NCBI GenBank assembly: GCA_029577135.1 | Contig: JARQPW010000001.1 | Coordinates: forward strand, 42,022 to 106,021 | Source: Acidimicrobiales bacterium | GTDB taxonomy: Bacteria; Actinomycetota; Acidimicrobiia; Acidimicrobiales; MedAcidi-G1 | Reading direction: 5' to 3' | Length of the DNA stretch: 64,000 bases | In this document: positions 59,134-64,000 of the stretch, piece after piece | Position numbering within the stretch: the stretch's first letter is position 1 | How the letters are laid out: every line of letters starts with the position of its first letter | Program-made: the position numbers and the translations under genes | The notes under the pieces: model-generated | Databases searched by the model: none | Seen by the model: only the letters and a program-made list of their open reading frames with translations | What the model was told of the DNA's origin: nothing

Positions 59134-59221
59134 GTCCGAGCACGGTAGTCATTGGCGTAGAACCGGTGTGCCCGGACGGCGGCCTTGGGTTGAGCGGGTC
59201 ACCACCCCTAGCCTGTTAGGC

Positions 59222-60274
59222 ATGGTGAACATCCGGGCAACCCGGGTCGACGACACCGCCCCCGCAGGGCTCCACGTCAACGACCTCTCCGTCGCCTACG
59301 ACGGCCCGCCCGTGCTCACCGACCTCTCCCTCGAGATCGCTCCCGGCGAACTCGTCGCCCTGCTCGGACCCAGCGGCTGTGGCAAGACCACGCTGCTGCG
59401 TTCCATCGCCGGGCTCGAGCGTCCCATCAGGGGCACCATCTCGGTCGGCGACCGCGTCGTGTCCGGCAACGGGGCCTTCGTGGCGCCCGAGCGGCGGCGG
59501 ATCGGCATGGTCTTCCAGGACGGTGCACTGTTCCCCCACCTCGACGTCCAGCGCAATGTGGCCTACGGGCTGCCCCGCGACCAGCGCCGATCAGGACGGG
59601 TCGAGGAGGCGCTCGCCATGGTCGGCCTCGCCGACGTGGCCGACCGCATGCCCGGTACGCTCTCCGGCGGCCAACAGCAGCGGGTGGCCCTGGCCCGTGC
59701 GCTCGCCCCCCGCCCGGGTGTCCTGCTGCTCGACGAGCCCTTCTCGAACCTCGACACCACCCTGCGCCTCCAGGTCCGTGCCGAGATGCACCGCCTGCTC
59801 GTCGACCTCGGCGTGACCACCATCTTCGTCACCCATGACCAGGAGGAGGCGTTCGTGCTCGGCGACCGGGTGGCGGTGCTCCACGACGGACGCCTGGCCC
59901 AGGTCGGCACGCCGGACGACCTCTACCGGCGGCCCGTCAACCGCTGGGTGGCCACGTTCGTCGGCGATGCCAACCTGTTCCGCTGCGACCGGCCGAACGG
60001 CTCGTGCCGGACGCCGGTCGGCGAGGTGCCCGTGCTGGTCGGCTGCGACGGCCCGGCCAACCTCCTGCTGCGCCCCGAGGACCTGGCGGTCGGCGAGGGC
60101 GACTGCGGCACGATCGAGCTGGTCGAGTACTACGGCCACGACGCCATGGTCCACGTGCTGTTGGACGACGGGCCGTCGGTCAAGGTGCGGACCGAGGCCG
60201 ACCTGCCCCACCACCGGGGCGACCGCGTCGCTGTGACCTATGTCGGGTCGGGAGCAGTGGCCCTCGGGTTGTGA
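59222..60274 (+). CDS. ABC importer ATP-binding protein (FbpC/PotA-like, with C-terminal TOBE-type domain)
   Basis: Walker A GPSGCGKTT, signature LSGGQQQRVALARAL, Walker B LLLDEP, and about 110 aa of C-terminal regulatory domain. Confidence 0.9.
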   Translation: MVNIRATRVDDTAPAGLHVNDLSVAYDGPPVLTDLSLEIAPGELVALLGPSGCGKTTLLRSIAGLERPIRGTISVGDRVVSGNGAFVAPERRRIGMVFQDGALFPHLDVQRNVAYGLPRDQRRSGRVEEALAMVGLADVADRMPGTLSGGQQQRVALARALAPRPGVLLLDEPFSNLDTTLRLQVRAEMHRLLVDLGVTTIFVTHDQEEAFVLGDRVAVLHDGRLAQVGTPDDLYRRPVNRWVATFVGDANLFRCDRPNGSCRTPVGEVPVLVGCDGPANLLLRPEDLAVGEGDCGTIELVEYYGHDAMVHVLLDDGPSVKVRTEADLPHHRGDRVAVTYVGSGAVALGL

Positions 60275-60291
60275 AGTTCGACTTCGGGTAG

Positions 60292-60310
60292 TTAGGTTTC
60301 CCTAACACTA
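60292..60310. promoter_or_regulatory. IdeR/DtxR-box-like operator upstream of the substrate-binding protein gene
   Basis: TTAGGTTTCCCTAACACTA matches about 13 of 19 positions of the actinobacterial iron-box consensus TTAGGTTAGGCTAACCTAA as I recall it. The core GTTAGG-tttc-CCTAAC is a perfect inverted repeat, and the site ends 34 nt before ATG 60344. Confidence 0.5.
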
Positions 60311-60343
60311 GGCGGACACCAACCTTCAGAAACTTCTCAAGCC

Positions 60344-61387
60344 ATGCACTCCCCCTCCACCCACGCTCGTCGGCTCGGCGCCGGCGCACTGCTCGTCTCC
60401 GGCCTCCTCGTCGGCGCCGCCAGCCTCACTGCCTGCGGCAGTGACGGCCAGCAGTCGATCACGATCTACTCCGGCCGCTCCGAGAAGCTGGTCGGACCCA
60501 TCTTCGAAGCCTTCTCCGCCGAGACAGGCATCACCGTCGAGGCCCGGTACGGCTCCTCCAACGACATGGCACTCACCCTCGAGACCGAGGGCGACAAGAC
60601 GACCGCCGACCTGTTCCTGTCGCGGAGCCCCGGCCCGACCGGCTACCTCGACGACCTCGGCATGCTCGCCGGGCTGGACGAGGACGTGCTCGCTGAGGTC
60701 GACGCAGCGAACCGCTCCAGCGGCGGCACCTGGGTCGGCTTCGCCGGCCGGGCCCGCGTGCTCGTCTACAACATCGACGAGGTGGCCGAGGCCGACCTGC
60801 CCGACTCGGTCTTCGACCTGACCGGCCACGAGTACGCAGGCCTCGTCGCCGTCCCTGGCTCGAACTCGTCGTTCCAGGACTGGTTCACCGTGTTCCGGCT
60901 CCGCAACGGCGACGCCGTCGCCATCTCATGGCTCGACGACATGGTCGCCAATGGCTCGCACTTCTACCCCAAGAACCGGGCCATCGTCGAGGCCGTCGGC
61001 CGCGACGAGGTGCGCTTCGGCCTCGTCAACCACTACTACAACCACCAGGAGGTCGCCAAGAACGGCGACGACCAGCGCTCGGCCAACCACGCCTTCGCCC
61101 CCGGCGACGATGGCGGCCTCATGATCATCGCCACCGCCTCGGTGCTCGAGAGCAGCGACGACAAGGACCTCGCCAGCCAGTTCCTCGCCTTCCTCCTGAG
61201 CGACGCCCAGCAGCGCTACCTGACCGACACGGTCTTCGAGTACCCGCTGGCCACCGGCGTGGCACCGGCCACACGACTCCCCGAACGACCCGCCGACACC
61301 GTCGGCGCCGTCGACATCGACGACATGGCCGCCGAGTTCAAGCGGACCATCGAGATCATCGAGGCCAGTGGAGTCCTCGACCAGTAG
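60344..61387 (+). CDS. iron(III)-type ABC transporter substrate-binding lipoprotein (FbpA/AfuA-like)
   Basis: Lipobox LLVGAASLTAC-GSDG and a periplasmic binding protein pattern (ITIYSGRSEKLVGPIFEAF...GI.V....G.S). Confidence 0.85.
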   Translation: MHSPSTHARRLGAGALLVSGLLVGAASLTACGSDGQQSITIYSGRSEKLVGPIFEAFSAETGITVEARYGSSNDMALTLETEGDKTTADLFLSRSPGPTGYLDDLGMLAGLDEDVLAEVDAANRSSGGTWVGFAGRARVLVYNIDEVAEADLPDSVFDLTGHEYAGLVAVPGSNSSFQDWFTVFRLRNGDAVAISWLDDMVANGSHFYPKNRAIVEAVGRDEVRFGLVNHYYNHQEVAKNGDDQRSANHAFAPGDDGGLMIIATASVLESSDDKDLASQFLAFLLSDAQQRYLTDTVFEYPLATGVAPATRLPERPADTVGAVDIDDMAAEFKRTIEIIEASGVLDQ

Positions 61388-61418
61388 CAGGATCAGTGGT
61401 GGGAACCACAATGGTGTG

Positions 61419-63059
61419 ATGTCCGAGACCTCCACGGCCACACCAACCACGGAAGGGGCCGCCCGGTCCCGGGCGGGTACCGGACGACCGCCGTGGACCC
61501 TCTCGGGCGGCGCCGTCCTCGTGGCGGCGCTGTTCGCCCTCCCGGGTGGCTACGTGCTCTGGCGGGCGCTGACCGGCGGCGCCCTCCACCTGCTCACCGA
61601 ACGGCGAACGCTCGAGCCGCTCTGGCGCACCGCCCAACTGGCGTTCCTGGTGTCCGCATCGGCGGCGCTGCTCGGCACCGCCCTGGCCTGGCTCACCGTT
61701 CGCACCGACCTCCCCCTGCGCAGGTTCTGGCGCGTGGTCGCCCCCCTGCCACTCGTGTACCCCAGCTTCGTGGGGGCGGCCGCCTTCCGCTCCGGCCTGA
61801 CGCCCGGCGGCATCGTGCACGACCTGGCCGGCCACCTCGGCATCGACTTCCAGTTCCGCCTCCACGGCCTGGCAGGGGCGTGGCTGGTGCTGACGCTGTT
61901 CACCTACCCCTACGTGTACCTCCCGGTGGCGGCCCGACTCTCCGCCCTGCCGTCGTCACTCGAGGAGAACGCACGCCTCCTCGGCGACCGACCCCTCCAG
62001 GTGTTCCGGCGGGTCGTCCTGCCGCAGGCGTCGTCGTCGATCGCCGCCGGCTCGCTGCTCGTCTTCCTCTACACGGTCAGCGACTTCGGCGCCGTCCACC
62101 TGATGCGGTTCGAGACGCTGACACAGACCATCTACCGCACCCGGCTGTTCGACCAGGGCCGCTCCTTCGCCCTCGCCCTGCTGCTGCTCGCACTGGCGCT
62201 CGTGGTCATCGCCGCCGAGCGCACCGTGGCCCGGCGAGGGTCGCGCACCGAGGTGGTCGAAGACCGCTCCTCCCTGCGCATCCCACTCGGCCGGTGGAAG
62301 GCGTCGGCCGTCGCCACCTGCTCACTGGTCGTGGGCCTCGCACTGTTCGCCCCCGCCGTGTCGCTGGCCGACTGGGGGCTGTTCGGCTGGTTCCGACAGC
62401 GCCGCGGGCTGGCCGGGCTCCGGCTCGACTGGGGCGACGTGGCCGGCGCCACCTGGAGCACCGTGTGGGTCAGCATGGTCACCGCCGTCGCCGCCGTCGC
62501 CGTGGTGCTCCCGGTGGCCTTCCTCCTGGCCCGCCACCGCTCCCGGGTGGGCGGCATCGTCAACGGTGTGGTGGTGGCCGGCTTCGCCATCCCCGGCCTC
62601 GTGGTGGCGATCTCGCTCATCTTCTGGACCCTCCATGCCTCGCCGTTCGAGTTCCTGATCGGCACGATGCCCATCCTCGTGTTCGCCTACGTCGTGCACT
62701 TCGGGGCACTGGCCCTGCGGACCGCCCAGGTGGCGGTCTCGGCCGTGCCCCGCCGCATGGACGACGCCGCCCGCCTGCTGGGCGCCGGCCGGCTGCGACG
62801 GCTGCTCACGGTCGACCTGCCGATCATGGCGCCCGGGCTGGCCGCCGGGGCGGGCCTGGTGATGCTCTCGACCATGAAGGAACTCCCCGCCACGCTGCTG
62901 GTGTCACCCATCGGGTTCCGGACGCTGGTGGTCGAGATCTGGGACACCTACGAGGCGCTGTACCTCGCCGAGATGGCGATCCTGTCGCTCGTGCTCGTTG
63001 CGATCAGCGCCCTGCTGACCTGGTTCCTCGTGGTGCGCCGAGCCGATCACCTGTCCTGA
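61419..63059 (+). CDS. iron ABC transporter permease (fused double-domain, FbpB-like)
   Basis: About 12 hydrophobic segments and two EAA-type loops (LEENARLLGDRPLQVFRRVVLP and MDDAARLLGAGRLRRLLTVDLP). Confidence 0.85.
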   Translation: MSETSTATPTTEGAARSRAGTGRPPWTLSGGAVLVAALFALPGGYVLWRALTGGALHLLTERRTLEPLWRTAQLAFLVSASAALLGTALAWLTVRTDLPLRRFWRVVAPLPLVYPSFVGAAAFRSGLTPGGIVHDLAGHLGIDFQFRLHGLAGAWLVLTLFTYPYVYLPVAARLSALPSSLEENARLLGDRPLQVFRRVVLPQASSSIAAGSLLVFLYTVSDFGAVHLMRFETLTQTIYRTRLFDQGRSFALALLLLALALVVIAAERTVARRGSRTEVVEDRSSLRIPLGRWKASAVATCSLVVGLALFAPAVSLADWGLFGWFRQRRGLAGLRLDWGDVAGATWSTVWVSMVTAVAAVAVVLPVAFLLARHRSRVGGIVNGVVVAGFAIPGLVVAISLIFWTLHASPFEFLIGTMPILVFAYVVHFGALALRTAQVAVSAVPRRMDDAARLLGAGRLRRLLTVDLPIMAPGLAAGAGLVMLSTMKELPATLLVSPIGFRTLVVEIWDTYEALYLAEMAILSLVLVAISALLTWFLVVRRADHLS

Positions 63060-63092
63060 GCCGGGGCCTGGACCGGTTTGTCAACCAGTCGG

Positions 63093-63758
63093 TCAGTCAG
63101 TGACGAGGATTCGCTCGGCGGCGAACGAGCCCACGCCGACATGGTTGCCAGCGACCTCGACGGTCACCGTGCCGTCCGGAGACGCCGCCGTGACCACGCC
63201 CCGGTTGCCGGGCAACAGCGCAGCCTCTTCGAGAAACTCGAGCAGGCCGGGCGTGAACTCGAGCTCCTCGGTGATGCGGTTCACGGTGAATCCGGTGCCG
63301 ACCGGCACCTCGGCCAGGTGGCGGGTGTCGGGCACCGTGTAGGCGGAGCCGGGGATCGGGTTGCCGTGCGGGCACGTGGTGGGCTGGCCCAACAGGCGGA
63401 CCAGCGCCTCCTCGACCACCGGCGAGATCACGTGCTCCCACTTGCCGGCCTCGTGGTGGGCGTCCGTCCAGTTCAGGTCGAGGACGTCGGTCAGGAAGCG
63501 CTCGGCGATGCGATGACGTCGGACCACCTGGGTGGCGAGCTCCATGCCGTCGGTGGTGAGCAAGATGGCGCCTTCGCCGGTCGAAACGAGGCCCTCCGAC
63601 TCGAGGCGCCGAATCATCTCCGAGACCGCCGGCCGGCTCACGTCGAGGCGCTCGGCGATGCGGGCCTGGATGACGTCGAGGTCGTCCTCGGCCAACTCGA
63701 AGATGGCCTCGCAGTACTCCTCGAACGCCGGGTGGTACTCGGGCGCCTCGTAGACCAT
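63093..63758 (-). CDS. ideR: DtxR/IdeR family metal-dependent repressor
   Basis: YCEAIFEL.E......ARIAERLDVSRPAVSEMIRRLESEGLV, RRHRIAERFL.DVL...W...H.EA..WEH, and a C-terminal SH3-like domain. Start at the Met of MVYEAPEY. Iron versus manganese specificity is not determinable here. Confidence 0.88.
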   Translation of the reverse strand: MVYEAPEYHPAFEEYCEAIFELAEDDLDVIQARIAERLDVSRPAVSEMIRRLESEGLVSTGEGAILLTTDGMELATQVVRRHRIAERFLTDVLDLNWTDAHHEAGKWEHVISPVVEEALVRLLGQPTTCPHGNPIPGSAYTVPDTRHLAEVPVGTGFTVNRITEELEFTPGLLEFLEEAALLPGNRGVVTAASPDGTVTVEVAGNHVGVGSFAAERILVTD

Positions 63759-63868
63759 GACATGGAGTGTAGGCCGCTGTGAAGCGTGCCTAACAGGGGC
63801 GCTCCTCGGCCAACCCACCTCGGCGACCCACCTCGGCAGCATGCCTGCCCGTGCTGCATGCTGTGGCC

Positions 63869-64000
63869 ATGGCCATCGACCCCCGCACCCCGGTCATCGT
63901 CGGCGCCGCCCAGGTGACCGACCGGGTCGACGACCCCACACAGGCCCGCACGCCGCTCGAGCTGATGGTCGATGCGCTGCACTCGGCGGCGATCGACGCC
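63869..64000 (+). CDS. thiolase-like protein, N-terminal fragment (runs off window)
   Basis: MAIDPRTPVIVGAAQVTDRVDDPTQARTPLELMVDALHSAAIDA resembles N-termini of thiolase/lipid-transfer type proteins. Only 44 codons are visible. Confidence 0.4.
   Translation, partial: MAIDPRTPVIVGAAQVTDRVDDPTQARTPLELMVDALHSAAIDA

Noticed and set aside
59195-59221. A second possible iron box (CCTAGCCTGTTAGG) just upstream of the ABC ATPase gene.
   Set aside because: Only a short CCTA-N6-TAGG symmetry is present, and alignment to the 19-bp IdeR consensus gives few matches. It is too weak to call without matrix scoring.
63759-63868. Possible autoregulatory operator upstream of the DtxR/IdeR gene (TGTAGGC...GCCTAACA).
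   Set aside because: The half-sites are imperfect and 13 nt apart, which does not fit the compact iron-box geometry.

Overview
This is a high-GC window, about 70% G+C by hand count of sample lines, and it looks like core chromosome of an actinobacterium (possibly Acidimicrobiia-like; this cannot be confirmed without a search). Most of it is conserved housekeeping. It holds a complete F1Fo ATP synthase operon (two small AtpI/AtpZ-like membrane genes, then atpB-E-F-H-A-G-D-C) preceded by a WecA-like GT4 transferase and glyA. Other housekeeping genes are glpX, ino1, an AddAB/AdnAB-type helicase-nuclease pair, ileS, class I ribonucleotide reductase (nrdA/nrdB), methylmalonyl-CoA mutase (mutA-mutB-meaB), dus and maf. 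An iron ABC importer sits next to an IdeR/DtxR repressor, with one IdeR-box-like palindrome. Between these lie oxidoreductase and hydrolase genes of uncertain role: fatty acid desaturase, two PhyH dioxygenases (one decayed), TauD, two LLM oxidoreductases, SDR, epoxide hydrolase, an alpha/beta hydrolase, an FGE-family protein, two acyl-CoA ligases and CitE. I found no rRNA, tRNA or CRISPR array and no recognisable canonical defence system. The only clearly accessory DNA is a roughly 2.4 kb patch at about 41.3-43.7 kb. It contains a low-GC two-gene cassette (a secreted Trp/His-rich orphan protein plus a 66-aa two-TM protein) abutting a decayed IS3-family element that still has intact 27-bp terminal inverted repeats and a 3-bp target duplication. 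That cassette is my best candidate for something undescribed, and a toxin/immunity-like role for it is inference only. Other items worth a second look:
- a MarR-centred dioxygenase/ligase/orphan-protein cluster
- a frameshifted PhyH gene
- extensions on AtpF and AtpA
- two tandem-repeat coding regions
- an AT-rich leader in front of nrdA
- an epoxide hydrolase / hydrolase / FGE operon with no sulfatase nearby
Many long ORFs in the six-frame track are antisense artefacts of GC bias and were rejected.
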